Assembly: GCA_018266935.1 (NCBI GenBank) | Contig: JAFDZL010000468.1 | Span: 5,246-69,245, forward strand | Length of the DNA stretch: 64,000 nt | Direction: 5' to 3' | Source: Bacteroidota bacterium | GTDB lineage: Bacteria; Bacteroidota; Bacteroidia; Sphingobacteriales; Sphingobacteriaceae | Part shown: positions 1-10,495 of the stretch, in pieces | How the letters are laid out: every line of letters starts with the position of its first letter | Numbering within the stretch: position 1 is the stretch's first letter | Translations under genes and position numbers: made by a program | Notes under the pieces: generated by a model | The model's input: only the letters and a program-made list of their open reading frames with translations | What the model was told of the DNA's origin: nothing | The model's database searches: none

Positions 1-1992
1 AATATTTCGTTCTCTTTCAGAGGGAACAACGTGGTGCGCGAGGCGATGCACTCGGCATTCCTGTATCACGCCATTAAAGCCGGTATGGACATGGGTATCG
101 TGAACGCCGGCATGCTGGAAGTTTACGAAGAAATTCCGAAAGACCTGCTGGAATATGTTGAAGACGTCCTGTTGAACCGCCGCCCGGATGCCACCGAGCG
201 TTTGGTCGAATTCGCCGAAACGGTGAAGGCCAAAGGCAAAGAGACTGTGAAGGACGAAGAATGGCGCAAAGGCACTGTTGAAGAACGCTTGTCGCACGCG
301 CTGGTCAAAGGTATCGTTGACTACCTGGATGAAGACGTGGAAGAAGCCCGTCAAAAGGCAGCCAAACCGCTTGACGTGATCGAGGGACCGCTGATGGATG
401 GCATGAATATCGTGGGCGACCTGTTCGGGTCGGGCAAAATGTTCCTGCCGCAAGTGGTGAAATCGGCCCGCGTGATGAAAAAGGCGGTGGCTTATTTGCT
501 GCCATTCATCGAAGCGGGGAAGGCCGAGGGTGGCGGCAAATCGTCAGCCGGCAAGATATTACTGGCCACGGTTAAAGGCGACGTGCACGACATCGGTAAA
601 AATATCGTGGGCGTGGTTTTAGCTTGCAACAACTTCGAGGTGATAGACCTCGGGGTGATGGTTCCGGCGCAAAAGATCATCGATGAGGCGAGGAAGAATA
701 ACGTGGATATAATTGGTCTCAGCGGACTGATCACGCCGTCACTCGATGAAATGGTGCATTTCGCCAAAGAAATGGAACGGGAGAAATTTACTATTCCGCT
801 GCTGATCGGTGGTGCAACCACTTCGCGCATTCATGCCGCGGTGAAAGTTGCGCCGAATTATTCTAACGGCGTGGTGCATGTGCTGGATGCTTCACGCAGC
901 GTAGGCGTTTGCAGCAGCCTGATGAACAGGGATTCCCGTAATAGTTATATTGCTGGTATTAATGACGAATACGCTAAAGCCCGCGAGGCGCACCTGAACA
1001 AGCGTTCGGACAAGCGTTTCGTGAGCATTGAAGATGCAAGGAACCTGAAACTGCAGATCAACCTGAACGGCTCCATAGCACCAAAACCTGCGTTTACGGG
1101 AACTAAAGTTTTTGAAGCCTTCCCGCTGGAAGAATTAGTTCCTTATATCGACTGGACGCCGTTTTTCCACACCTGGGAACTGCGCGGCAGCTATCCAAAA
1201 ATATTTGACGATAAGACCGTCGGCACCGAAGCAAAGAAGCTTTTTGACGATGCCCAGGCCTTGCTGAAGAAGATAGTCAAAGAAAAACTATTGCAGGCCA
1301 ATGGTGTGATCGGTTTCTGGCCGGCGAACAGCGTTGGCGACGATATCGAACTCTACACCGACGAAAGCAGAAAGCAATTGCTGAGCCGCATCCACACGCT
1401 GCGCCAGCAAACGGAAAAGACCAAGGGTGAGCCGTATTATGCTTTGTCAGATTTCATTGCGCCGAAGGAAAGCGGCATTACCGATTATTTCGGTGGATTC
1501 GCGGTAACCGCGGGCATTGGTTGCGATGAACTGGTAGCCAAATTTGAAAAGGATCACGACGACTACAACAGCATTATGGCCAAAGCTTTGGCTGATCGCC
1601 TTGCTGAAGCTTTCGCTGAAAAAATGCACGAACTGGTTCGCCGCGAACACTGGGGTTATGCCAAAGAAGAGTCGCTGAGCAATGAGGACCTGATCAAGGA
1701 AGAGTACCAGGGCATCCGCCCTGCGCCGGGATACCCGGCCTGCCCGGATCATACCGAAAAGATCACCCTGTTCGAATTGCTGAAAGCCGGCGAGAACACT
1801 AAGATGCACCTCACCGAAAGCCTGGCGATGATGCCGGCTGCATCGGTAAGCGGCTTTTATTTTGCTCACCCGCAGTCGAGGTATTTTGGATTGGGCAAGA
1901 TAAGTAGGGACCAGGTAGAAGACTATGCCAAACGGAAAAATATGGACTTAGAAACCGTAGAACGTTGGTTAGGCCCCAATTTAAATTACTAA
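1..1992 (+). CDS. metH: Cobalamin-dependent methionine synthase MetH, C-terminal part (5' end lies upstream of the window)
   Basis: Frame is open from nt 1 ([18 protein letters not shown]...). B12-binding motif [11 protein letters not shown] and an AdoMet-activation domain follow, typical of MetH. Confidence 0.95.
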   Translation, partial: NISFSFRGNNVVREAMHSAFLYHAIKAGMDMGIVNAGMLEVYEEIPKDLLEYVEDVLLNRRPDATERLVEFAETVKAKGKETVKDEEWRKGTVEERLSHALVKGIVDYLDEDVEEARQKAAKPLDVIEGPLMDGMNIVGDLFGSGKMFLPQVVKSARVMKKAVAYLLPFIEAGKAEGGGKSSAGKILLATVKGDVHDIGKNIVGVVLACNNFEVIDLGVMVPAQKIIDEARKNNVDIIGLSGLITPSLDEMVHFAKEMEREKFTIPLLIGGATTSRIHAAVKVAPNYSNGVVHVLDASRSVGVCSSLMNRDSRNSYIAGINDEYAKAREAHLNKRSDKRFVSIEDARNLKLQINLNGSIAPKPAFTGTKVFEAFPLEELVPYIDWTPFFHTWELRGSYPKIFDDKTVGTEAKKLFDDAQALLKKIVKEKLLQANGVIGFWPANSVGDDIELYTDESRKQLLSRIHTLRQQTEKTKGEPYYALSDFIAPKESGITDYFGGFAVTAGIGCDELVAKFEKDHDDYNSIMAKALADRLAEAFAEKMHELVRREHWGYAKEESLSNEDLIKEEYQGIRPAPGYPACPDHTEKITLFELLKAGENTKMHLTESLAMMPAASVSGFYFAHPQSRYFGLGKISRDQVEDYAKRKNMDLETVERWLGPNLNY

Positions 1993-2148
1993 ATACTGAG
2001 CAAAAAAGAGGTGTCACCCTGAGGCACTCGAAGGGTGGGCGTAACGGCCTTTGCCGGCATGCTTCGAGAACCCCAGCATGACACCTCGCCCACAAAAACT
2101 GTCACGGGCAATGACAAAGTTGACTATATTTGATACGAAACGTACTAA

Positions 2149-3102
2149 ATGAAGATCACAGAACACATTTCCGCCGCCAAAGGCAAAACACTTTTTTCGT
2201 TCGAACTACTGCCGCCCGTGAAGGGGCACAGCATACAAAGTATTTATAATGCCATCGACCCGCTGATGGAGTTCAACCCGCCGTTCATCGACGTGACCTA
2301 CCACCGCGAGGATTTTATCTATAAACAGCACGACAGCGGCCTGCTCGAAAAGGTTTCCTACCGGAAAAGACCGGGAACAGTGGCTATTTGCGCGGCAATC
2401 ATGAACCGGTACAAAGTCGATGCCGTGCCTCACCTGATCTGCGGAGGCTTTACCCGCGAAGAAACTGAGAACGCGCTGATCGACCTGCAGTTTTTAGGTA
2501 TAGATAACGTACTGGCGCTGCGCGGTGACGCGCGCATGGCCGATTCAGGCTTTATACCCACGCCGGGCGGCCATGCTTACGCCACTGAATTGCTGCAGCA
2601 GGTGATCAACATGAATAATGGTAAATACCTGTATGAGGACCACGAGGTGCTCAATACCGACTTCTGCATCGGCGTCGCCGGTTACCCGGAGAAGCACTTT
2701 GAAGCGCCGAACATGAAGACGGATTTTAAATACCTGAAACAAAAGATAGACATGGGCGCCAATTTTATCGTCACCCAGATGTTTTTTGATAACACCAAGT
2801 ATAAAGAGTTTGTAAAAATGTGCCGGGAAAATGGTATCAATGTACCGATCATACCGGGATTGAAACCCATAACCTCGTCAAAACAGCTGATCAGCCTGCC
2901 GAAAGTGTTTCATATCGATATTCCGGAAGAACTAAGCGACCTGGTACATTCCTGCAAAACCGAAAAGGACGTAAAAGACGCCGGCGTAGAATGGATGATC
3001 AACCAATGCAAAGAGTTAATGGACTTCGGCGTACCGGTATTGCATTTTTACACGATGAGCAATCCCGGCCCGACGAGAAAAATTGCGGAAGCGATTTTTT
3101 GA
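2149..3102 (+). CDS. metF: 5,10-methylenetetrahydrofolate reductase
   Basis: 317 aa with FSFELLPP and ICGGFTREE...ALRGD MetF-like motifs. Lies next to metH. Confidence 0.9.
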   Translation: MKITEHISAAKGKTLFSFELLPPVKGHSIQSIYNAIDPLMEFNPPFIDVTYHREDFIYKQHDSGLLEKVSYRKRPGTVAICAAIMNRYKVDAVPHLICGGFTREETENALIDLQFLGIDNVLALRGDARMADSGFIPTPGGHAYATELLQQVINMNNGKYLYEDHEVLNTDFCIGVAGYPEKHFEAPNMKTDFKYLKQKIDMGANFIVTQMFFDNTKYKEFVKMCRENGINVPIIPGLKPITSSKQLISLPKVFHIDIPEELSDLVHSCKTEKDVKDAGVEWMINQCKELMDFGVPVLHFYTMSNPGPTRKIAEAIF

Positions 3103-3140
3103 TATTAGATTTGCCACTTGAACCTATTCATAATTCACCA

Positions 3141-4409
3141 ATGAAGTTTTTCCAAACCTTATTATTTGTGGCCCTGCCATGCGCAGTTTTCGCCCAGTCA
3201 AACTACCACGAAGGCTATGTAGTTAAAAATAACGGCGACACCCTCAAGGGATACATCGACGCTCATGAGTGGTCACAAAATCCCCGGTCGATCAATTTTA
3301 AAAAAAATGAATCTGATCGGCAGGCCGTAAATTTTAGCCCCCAAGCCGTTAAAGCGTTCGGGCTCACCGGAGCTGACACTTACATAGCTTACAATGGCCT
3401 GATCAGCATGGATAAGAACAGGTTCCCGGACTTGCCTTTCGCCGTTGACACCACTAAGAAATCCGACACCATTTTTCTGAAACAACTGGTTACAGGCAAA
3501 TACCTGAAGCTCTTTTATCACCAGGATGCTGTTAAGACAAGGTTTTTCGTCGCTGAAACAGATACACAACCTGTTGAGCTTAAATATTATCAGTACTATG
3601 ACAGTGCAAACCAGCTGGAAATAAAAGCATTTTATAAAGGTCAGCTTACGTTTTATATCAATAAATATATGCCGGGTAATGCTAAACTGGCCCGGGATGC
3701 TGATGAAGCGAAGTTTAACCAGGCCGACCTGGAGAAAATCGTGTTGGCGATAAATGGCGATACCGCTCAGGCAAAAAAGAGCGCTTATATCAGGTTTTTT
3801 ATTGGCGGAGGTATAAACAACATCAAATCCCGTTTACAAGACTACGAACCTATAGGGGTATTCACACAGGTAGGCCCTGTAACTGAGGTGGCTGTATATC
3901 CTGAAACAATCTCAAAATATTCAACTACCATATCCCCGCGGATAGATCTTGGTATCGATTTGTTTAATAATCCTAATGTACAAAAACTCATTTTCCGTGC
4001 GGAAATGTCTTTGTCCTACAACAATCCCAGGTTTGAGTATATCAAGTATGGCGGTGGGACGACCAATATTACCGAAACATATAGTTTCGATCAATATTCC
4101 GCGACCTTAACACCACAGCTTGTTCTCAACCTTTACAATAAGGATAATTTCAAGTTATTTCTTAATGGGGGTGTCGGGGTTAATTTTTCCAGCTACAGCA
4201 ACACCATGCTATCAAAGGGCAGCGCAAGTGACCTGTCGTCGATTTGGATGAATTTCCCGGTAGGAGCGGGAATAGTCATCAACAAAAAGATCGAGCTTTC
4301 ATTTACTTATGCCCTCCCTGAAAGCTTGCTCAACGACGTCTCAAGCACCTTTAACGTTACTAGTCAGTATATGTGCTTCGGCGTGAAATACCTGTTTAGT
4401 GCGCAATAA
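3141..4409 (+). CDS. Hypothetical secreted protein, possibly an outer-membrane beta-barrel
   Basis: ATG at 3141 gives the signal peptide MKFFQTLLFVALPCAVFAQ. The C-terminus ends in aromatic-rich beta-strand-like repeats. The ORF-track start at 2820 overlaps metF and was rejected. Confidence 0.6.
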   Translation: MKFFQTLLFVALPCAVFAQSNYHEGYVVKNNGDTLKGYIDAHEWSQNPRSINFKKNESDRQAVNFSPQAVKAFGLTGADTYIAYNGLISMDKNRFPDLPFAVDTTKKSDTIFLKQLVTGKYLKLFYHQDAVKTRFFVAETDTQPVELKYYQYYDSANQLEIKAFYKGQLTFYINKYMPGNAKLARDADEAKFNQADLEKIVLAINGDTAQAKKSAYIRFFIGGGINNIKSRLQDYEPIGVFTQVGPVTEVAVYPETISKYSTTISPRIDLGIDLFNNPNVQKLIFRAEMSLSYNNPRFEYIKYGGGTTNITETYSFDQYSATLTPQLVLNLYNKDNFKLFLNGGVGVNFSSYSNTMLSKGSASDLSSIWMNFPVGAGIVINKKIELSFTYALPESLLNDVSSTFNVTSQYMCFGVKYLFSAQ

Positions 4410-4418
4410 ACGGTTAAT

Positions 4419-5024
4419 CTATAATAAACGTTCCCGCTTTAACTCTTCGTCAAGGTGTTCGGCCGAGGTAAAATGAATACACTTGATACCGATCTTTTCC
4501 GCGGCGAGAATATTGCGGTGATTGTCGTCGATAAATAAAGCTTCATCGGCTTTCACGCCATAACGGTCGAGTAACAGTTGATAAAACTCCGGTGTGGGCT
4601 TGCGCATTTTCTCCGCGCCGGAAACCACGATGCCATCAAACCAGTTGAGGAAATCAAATCTTTCCAGCGCAACCGGAAAGGTCTCGGCTGACCAATTGGT
4701 AAGCGCGTATATTTTGTATTTACCTATCTCCTTAAGTTGACGAAATACTTCTACCGTATCCTGGAAGGCCTCACCCAGCATTTCATCCCAGCGCCCGTAA
4801 AAGGCGCGTATGTTTTCCTCATGCTCCGGAAATTTAGCAACCAGTATTTCCGTCCCTTCATGCAGCGGACGGCCGGCGTCCTGCTCTTCGTTCCAATCGG
4901 AAGTGACGATCTCAGCCAGGAACCATTCCATTTCGGCTTCATCCGCAAAAATTGTACGATACATGTAGCGCGGGTTCCAGTCGATGAGTACCGCGCCAAG
5001 GTCGAAAATGATGGTGTTTATCAT
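4419..5024 (-). CDS. HAD-superfamily hydrolase
   Basis: N-terminal IIFDLGAVLIDW (DxG/DxD nucleophile motif) and C-terminal FIDDN motif. Confidence 0.8.
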   Translation of the reverse strand: MINTIIFDLGAVLIDWNPRYMYRTIFADEAEMEWFLAEIVTSDWNEEQDAGRPLHEGTEILVAKFPEHEENIRAFYGRWDEMLGEAFQDTVEVFRQLKEIGKYKIYALTNWSAETFPVALERFDFLNWFDGIVVSGAEKMRKPTPEFYQLLLDRYGVKADEALFIDDNHRNILAAEKIGIKCIHFTSAEHLDEELKRERLL

Positions 5025-5055
5025 CGGGAAAGACAGAGCTATTGTCTATAATAAC

Positions 5056-5271
5056 CTACAAACGGTTGTTATCAATGTTCACCAGCGCTTTCTTCAGCGT
5101 GAACACTACATAGGCGCGGTCGCGGTTCACCAGCGTCATTATGCGCTGTATCAGGTTGTCTTCCTGGCCCTCGGTGTATTGCAGCTGCTCATCGGTCAAA
5201 CGGTTGTATTTGCGCTGTAATTTGATCTTTACACGCTCCCAATCCTTGCTGCTGATGCTGATCTCTGCCAT
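5056..5271 (-). CDS. CsbD-like general stress protein (tentative)
   Basis: 71 aa; the pattern W..VK.KL+.KY..LTDEQL.Y.EG.ED.L resembles the CsbD family. Confidence 0.45.
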   Translation of the reverse strand: MAEISISSKDWERVKIKLQRKYNRLTDEQLQYTEGQEDNLIQRIMTLVNRDRAYVVFTLKKALVNIDNNRL

Positions 5272-5398
5272 TTTTCAGAAAAGTTTCAGCAAAAATAGAA
5301 AAAAATCTGCTGTGCTGCTACTTAACAATTGGCTCAGGAATTGTTAAACCTTTACAATGGTTAGTATTCTAATCAATTGATAAACTAAATTAACTACT

Positions 5399-5980
5399 AT
5401 GAAAAAGCTTCTTTTAAGCGCCGCGTTACTTGTAGCGGTTTGCATTAGTGCGAAGGCGCAATTTAATCTTGGCATCAAGGGTGGCGTGAATTTTTCGCAT
5501 ATCGATGCGAACAATTTCCATAACTCCAGTATCACCGGCTACCAGGCAGGGCTTTTCGCCCGCGTTGGCGGTGGGGTTTATTTACAGCCCGAATTGTATA
5601 TCAGCAGCTGCGGCGGCGATTTTGATTCCTATCAAAATAACACGGCTTACAACGGCCATATCCGGTTCACTAACCTGGATGTGCCATTGCTGCTCGGTTT
5701 GCGTTTCGGCCCGAAAAACCTTAATTTACGGGTAATGGCAGGACCGGTTTACAATTATATCCTGAATAAGGATGAAACTTTTTCGGCGAATCTGACCAGC
5801 GCGTTCAACGATTTTGGCCACTACAACAACAGTACACTCGGTTACCAGGCCGGCGCGGGCATAGACCTCGGTAATGTTACCTTTGACGCCCGCTATCAGG
5901 GAGGGTTAAGTCATATCAACTCCGACTTTGGCCAGACACAGCGATTGTGGGCGCTAAGCATTGGATTCAAATTCTTTTAA
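5399..5980 (+). CDS. Outer-membrane beta-barrel (porin-family) protein
   Basis: Signal peptide ...CISAKAQ, alternating beta-strand pattern, C-terminal ...SIGFKFF. Confidence 0.7.
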   Translation: MKKLLLSAALLVAVCISAKAQFNLGIKGGVNFSHIDANNFHNSSITGYQAGLFARVGGGVYLQPELYISSCGGDFDSYQNNTAYNGHIRFTNLDVPLLLGLRFGPKNLNLRVMAGPVYNYILNKDETFSANLTSAFNDFGHYNNSTLGYQAGAGIDLGNVTFDARYQGGLSHINSDFGQTQRLWALSIGFKFF

Positions 5981-6003
5981 CGAATCGCAAAATTAAACTT
6001 ACC

Positions 6004-6037
6004 CCCTGTCCGGTTTATCCGGACAGGGCTTTTTATT
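6004..6037 (+). terminator. Rho-independent terminator
   Basis: 10-bp stem ccctgtccgg/ccggacaggg with loop tttat, followed by ctttttattt. Confidence 0.7.
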
Positions 6038-6079
6038 TGAGGTTTATGATACTACGTGAAGCGCGCTGAAATTGCGTTG

Positions 6080-6223
6080 CTATGCGACAAGAGCGTTGTT
6101 GGCGCGGCAGGCAAAGTGATCGTGCCAAAATAACGTCGTCTTCTCAGGCAGTTGGGTATCGGCGGCGCACACAAATGCTTTACCTGCTTCAAATTGCTCA
6201 TGGCCTTTTTTCGACTGGCCGTG
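6080..6223 (-). pseudogene. Relic of a DUF1800-like gene (47-codon open stretch)
   Basis: The minus-strand frame reads ...LPEKTTLFWHDHFACRANNALVA*. LFWH(N/D)HFA is the signature I associate with DUF1800 proteins. There is no start codon and no remainder of the gene. Confidence 0.35.
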
Positions 6224-6313
6224 CTAAGCATGGTTTAAGAAGCACGCGAACAATTTTCTTAATTGATATTTAAATAACTTATTATTAGATTCGAAAAATC
6301 GAAACCCTGATCA

Positions 6314-6544
6314 GTGAAAAGACTATTGACCTTAATCACGTTACTTTCTATTGTTTCGGCCGCCAAAGCGCAACTGCGGCCATTTGGCAACATCGATACA
6401 GCCGACCTGAAATCCACATCCTGCGATTTTGAAAAAGATGCGCACGCTGAAGTGTTGTTTGGATCTAAATACCTTGACTTTCTTGAATTCTTTAAAAACA
6501 TTGCGCTTATTCGAAATGAGCAAATCGTATTGATGAAGAGCTGA
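6314..6544 (+). pseudogene. Internally deleted remnant of a DUF3857-family paralogue
   Basis: In this 76-aa ORF the N-terminus (signal peptide, then ADLK..CDFEKDAHAEVLF) parallels residues 1-55 of the 6607 gene. The C-terminus (RNEQIVLMKS*) parallels that gene's last 10 aa (MNEQIVLKKA*). Confidence 0.55.
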
Positions 6545-6606
6545 TGCGCTGACTATGAGATGACCAAAACCATTATATTCCAGCTAACCTTAACTTAACA
6601 CAAAAC

Positions 6607-8550
6607 ATGAAAAAGTTATTTACCCTGATTTTATGCTGCGCGGCAGCGATTGGTGCCAAAGCACAGACACCGGCAATTCCCGCCATTGAATCTATCGGAA
6701 AAGTAAACCAGGCCGACCTTGATCTAAAAAAATGTGATTTTGAGCCAGACGCCAATGCCGAAGTACTTTTTGATAAAGGAACCGTTTACTTCAGCATAAA
6801 CCCCAACGACGCCACGGTGGTACTTGAGGAGCGTAAGCGGATCAAAGTGTTTAATGATAACGGTAAAAGTGCGGCAAATGTACGCATAGAGTATTATGGC
6901 AATAACCATGAAGAATGGATTGAAAACATACAGGCTGAAACTATTAATCCCAATAACGGAAGCCTGGAAATAGTTAAAGTAGATAAAAAGCAGATCTATA
7001 CCCAGCGCGTAGATGATGATTATTGGTCGGTTACTTTCACCTTTCCGGATGTCAAAGCCGGGTCGATACTGGATTTTAAATACACACGTGAAAGCAAGAA
7101 TATCGGCGCGCTTCCATTTTGGTATTTTCAGATGGGGATACCGGTCAGATATAGTGAATACGCGGCCACCATATACAACGGCCTTTTTTATAAGAACTTG
7201 CTCCATGCCAGCCAGCCGACCGTGAAACTTGAACGTGACCCTAACAGTAACCAAATCACCGACATTGCATTGGCTAATGTCCCTTCAGTAAACGAGGAGC
7301 CTTATTTTACAGCGATTGACGACAATGTGGAGTATCTTTTTTCACAGCTATCAAGTGTTAATATACCCGGTTATGTCAATACCTGGTCAGAAACCTGGAA
7401 CCGGGTTGGCGAGGATGAGGCGGGATTTGACAACTTCGGAGGGCAATTCAGAAGAAAACTCAACGGTGAAGAAGATATCCTTACCCACGCCAAAGGGCTA
7501 AAAACAAACGATGAGAAAATAGCATACATTTTTAATGCTGTCAAAAACAACATGAAATGGAATGGCATCTATTCGCGTGTTACAGACGATGGCACGTCTA
7601 AAGCCTGGGATAAAAAGATTGGCAACTCGGCTGAATTGAATTTGATGGTATATCACCTGCTTATGCGTGCCGGAATTAACGCTTTGCCGATAATGCTAAG
7701 TACAAAAAAACATGGTAAGGTCAATCCTACATTTTCAAACAGGTACCAGTTTAATACCACAGCAGTTTATGTTCCGGTTGACAGCACAACCAATTATGTA
7801 CTTGATGCTACCAATAAGTACAATTTATACAACGTAATTCCCGAGAACCTGCTTAACTCTTATGGGCTGACAATAGATAAGGAAAATAAAAAATACGACC
7901 TGGTATTTATACAAAATCCCAGCCCGGTAAGGAATATGGTAATGATCACTGCCGATATCAAACCCGATGGCAAGATGGATGGTTCGGCACAAGTCAGCAG
8001 CTTAAGCTATAACAAGATCAAAGAAGAGGAGAATTATAACATCAACGGCGAAAAGAAATATACCGACTCACTGAAGAAGGATAATAATGACCTAACAATC
8101 TCCTCTATTAAGATGGAAAATATGGGGATAGATTCGCTTCCGCTCACCCGGACCATCAATTTCAGTCTCGACCTTACGGGTTCTGATGGCACCTATATCT
8201 ATTTTAAGCCGAATCTTTTCGAGCCGTTCGGAGGCAATCCGTTCCTCGCTGAAAAGCGGACAACGGACATCGACTTCAGGTTCTTGAGAAATGATGTGAT
8301 CATGGGCAGCTACAAGATTCCCGCGGGGTACAAGAGCGATGCTCTGCCCAAAAGCGTTAAAATGGATATGTCCGATCAAAGTATTAGCTTCAAGCGCCTG
8401 GTATCGGAACAAGATGGTGTTATCGTAGTGCGATACACCGTTCTATACAAGCAGGCAATATTCTTCAAGGAAAATTATGACGAACTGCACGAATTTTACA
8501 AAAAGATGTACGAATTGATGAACGAGCAGATAGTACTTAAAAAAGCATGA
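6607..8550 (+). CDS. DUF3857 / transglutaminase-like domain protein (catalytic Cys and His apparently replaced)
   Basis: 647 aa with a signal peptide. The segment KKIGNSAELNLMVYHLLMRAGINALP aligns with the Cys-containing core of the next gene. Confidence 0.75.
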   Translation: MKKLFTLILCCAAAIGAKAQTPAIPAIESIGKVNQADLDLKKCDFEPDANAEVLFDKGTVYFSINPNDATVVLEERKRIKVFNDNGKSAANVRIEYYGNNHEEWIENIQAETINPNNGSLEIVKVDKKQIYTQRVDDDYWSVTFTFPDVKAGSILDFKYTRESKNIGALPFWYFQMGIPVRYSEYAATIYNGLFYKNLLHASQPTVKLERDPNSNQITDIALANVPSVNEEPYFTAIDDNVEYLFSQLSSVNIPGYVNTWSETWNRVGEDEAGFDNFGGQFRRKLNGEEDILTHAKGLKTNDEKIAYIFNAVKNNMKWNGIYSRVTDDGTSKAWDKKIGNSAELNLMVYHLLMRAGINALPIMLSTKKHGKVNPTFSNRYQFNTTAVYVPVDSTTNYVLDATNKYNLYNVIPENLLNSYGLTIDKENKKYDLVFIQNPSPVRNMVMITADIKPDGKMDGSAQVSSLSYNKIKEEENYNINGEKKYTDSLKKDNNDLTISSIKMENMGIDSLPLTRTINFSLDLTGSDGTYIYFKPNLFEPFGGNPFLAEKRTTDIDFRFLRNDVIMGSYKIPAGYKSDALPKSVKMDMSDQSISFKRLVSEQDGVIVVRYTVLYKQAIFFKENYDELHEFYKKMYELMNEQIVLKKA

Positions 8551-8551
8551 G

Positions 8552-10486
8552 ATGACGCCTTATCAAAAAATAACATATACACTCGCTTTTGCAGGGCTTT
8601 GTTTGCTGTCAGTCGGAAAGGTATATGGCCAGGACATTCCTAAGGAGCTTTATTCGGCAGCAGGCATACCTGATTCGTTGAAAGAGAATGCGAATTCAAT
8701 TGTGCGTTACAGTATGGACGATTGTAATGTCGAAGGGCCGGGCAAGATGCAAATCAAACATCACAGTTTGATTACTATTTTAAACGAAAAGGGCGACGAA
8801 GAAGCTATATTCCGGTATAGCTATAATCGAAAATATGATACATACCGGTATATTGACATCCATGTATATGACGAAAATGGCAAGATAATAAAGAAATATC
8901 ACAAAGGTGATATGTACGATGGAGCTGCAACAAGCTACGAAACCTTGATAAGCGATGACCGGATATTGGAGCTTAGACATGCTGTTGCCAAGTACCCGGA
9001 GACCATTGAAGTTGAATATGAAGAAGACATGACCAGCAACGTTGGTATTGGCAGTTGGCTTATACAGCAGAATCAGCAAGCAGTGCAGAATTCTTCCTAT
9101 CAGATCACCATCGACAAAAACGCCGGCTTCAAGTACTTCAACAATAACACTAATATAAAACCCGGAAAAAGCACTGATGGGAATATGGACATTTATACAT
9201 GGGGAGTTTCTAATTTGAGAGCATTTAAGTTGGAGGAAGGTGGTAAAGCATGGCGGGTTCTGCCGAAAATTACGTTTTCGCAAGATAAATTTAATCTATA
9301 TGGCAATCCAGGCGACATTAGTAGCTGGCAGAACTATGGAAAATGGCAGCTAGACCTGAATTCGGATGTTTGCAGCCTTAGTCCGGCGAGGACTGCCGAG
9401 ATTAAAAAAATGACAGATACGATTAGGTCAGATAAAGACAAAGCTCGCTTTTTGTATCATTATCTGCAGGAGAACACAAGGTATGTGAGTATACAGCTTG
9501 GTATTGGTGGATTTAAGCCGTTCCCCGCGACATTTGTAGATGACAAAAAGTACGGTGACTGCAAAGGCCTGGTAAACTACATGTACGCGATGCTTAAGGC
9601 GGCCGGTATAAATTCATATTATGCAATAGTAAATGCGGGTACAAATGCTGAACCGGCAAACCCATCATTTCCGTATGATTACTTTAACCATATCATTTTA
9701 TGTATTCCATTTAAAAATGATACCACCTGGCTTGAATGTACTAATAATCACATGCCTTTTGGCGTTCTCGGTACTTTTACCGAAAACCGCAATGCATTGC
9801 TTGTCACTGAGGACGGTGGCAAATTAGTAAATACACCAAAAAGCACGGCTCAGGAAAATCAATTCAATAGCGAGGCTCATATAGATTTGCAGGCGGACGG
9901 CAGTGCCAAAACACACGTTAAAATTTTGAGCACCGGCGAATATAGATGGCTTTATTTGGAATACACTGCCGCTAAATTAGATGAGCAAAAGCAATTTTGG
10001 ATGGAACAATTAGGTATGAAACAGCCGAATAGCCTGGATATTGAGCAGGGAAAGGATATAAACGGAGTAAAGCAAATCGACCTCAACATGGATTACGATA
10101 AATTTTGCGATGTGATGGCCGCCGACAAACAGTTTTATCAATCTTCAGCGTTTAAATTATGTGCGCTAACTGTACCCTTGATTGAAAAGCGAAAGTTTGA
10201 TTATTATTTCGAACACCCAATGCAGAAGTCATGTGTCACCACTATTGAACTCCCGCAAGGTTACGAAGTCGAATCACTTCCTCCTAACGCGAGCCTCAAA
10301 TTCACTTATGGCACTTACGATGTAAACTACACCTATAACAAGGATAAGAACCAGGTAGTGAGCACGGCAAAATTCGTATTGAACAACCAGGTTATACCTG
10401 CCGCCAAATACAATGAAATGCAGCAGTTCATGGATGCCGTAACCAGGGCAGAGAACAAAAAACTGGTACTGCATAAGAAGGCTTAA
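8552..10486 (+). CDS. DUF3857 / transglutaminase-like cysteine protease-fold protein
   Basis: 644 aa with a signal peptide. Has the transglutaminase-core-like YGDCKGLVNYMYAMLKAAGI and a downstream FNHIIL. Starts 2 nt after the previous stop. Confidence 0.8.
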   Translation: MTPYQKITYTLAFAGLCLLSVGKVYGQDIPKELYSAAGIPDSLKENANSIVRYSMDDCNVEGPGKMQIKHHSLITILNEKGDEEAIFRYSYNRKYDTYRYIDIHVYDENGKIIKKYHKGDMYDGAATSYETLISDDRILELRHAVAKYPETIEVEYEEDMTSNVGIGSWLIQQNQQAVQNSSYQITIDKNAGFKYFNNNTNIKPGKSTDGNMDIYTWGVSNLRAFKLEEGGKAWRVLPKITFSQDKFNLYGNPGDISSWQNYGKWQLDLNSDVCSLSPARTAEIKKMTDTIRSDKDKARFLYHYLQENTRYVSIQLGIGGFKPFPATFVDDKKYGDCKGLVNYMYAMLKAAGINSYYAIVNAGTNAEPANPSFPYDYFNHIILCIPFKNDTTWLECTNNHMPFGVLGTFTENRNALLVTEDGGKLVNTPKSTAQENQFNSEAHIDLQADGSAKTHVKILSTGEYRWLYLEYTAAKLDEQKQFWMEQLGMKQPNSLDIEQGKDINGVKQIDLNMDYDKFCDVMAADKQFYQSSAFKLCALTVPLIEKRKFDYYFEHPMQKSCVTTIELPQGYEVESLPPNASLKFTYGTYDVNYTYNKDKNQVVSTAKFVLNNQVIPAAKYNEMQQFMDAVTRAENKKLVLHKKA

Positions 10487-10495
10487 ATTTGCCTG

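Noticed and set aside
1993-2148. Riboswitch (SAM or B12) upstream of metF
   Set aside because: The region is occupied by a REP-like palindromic element. I could not recognise conserved SAM-I/II or cobalamin riboswitch cores by eye, and a covariance-model scan would be needed to be sure.
2820-3140. N-terminal extension of the 3141-4409 ORF (ORF-track start at 2820)
   Set aside because: It overlaps the 3' end of metF in another frame and encodes Arg-rich nonsense. A proper signal peptide begins at the ATG at 3141.
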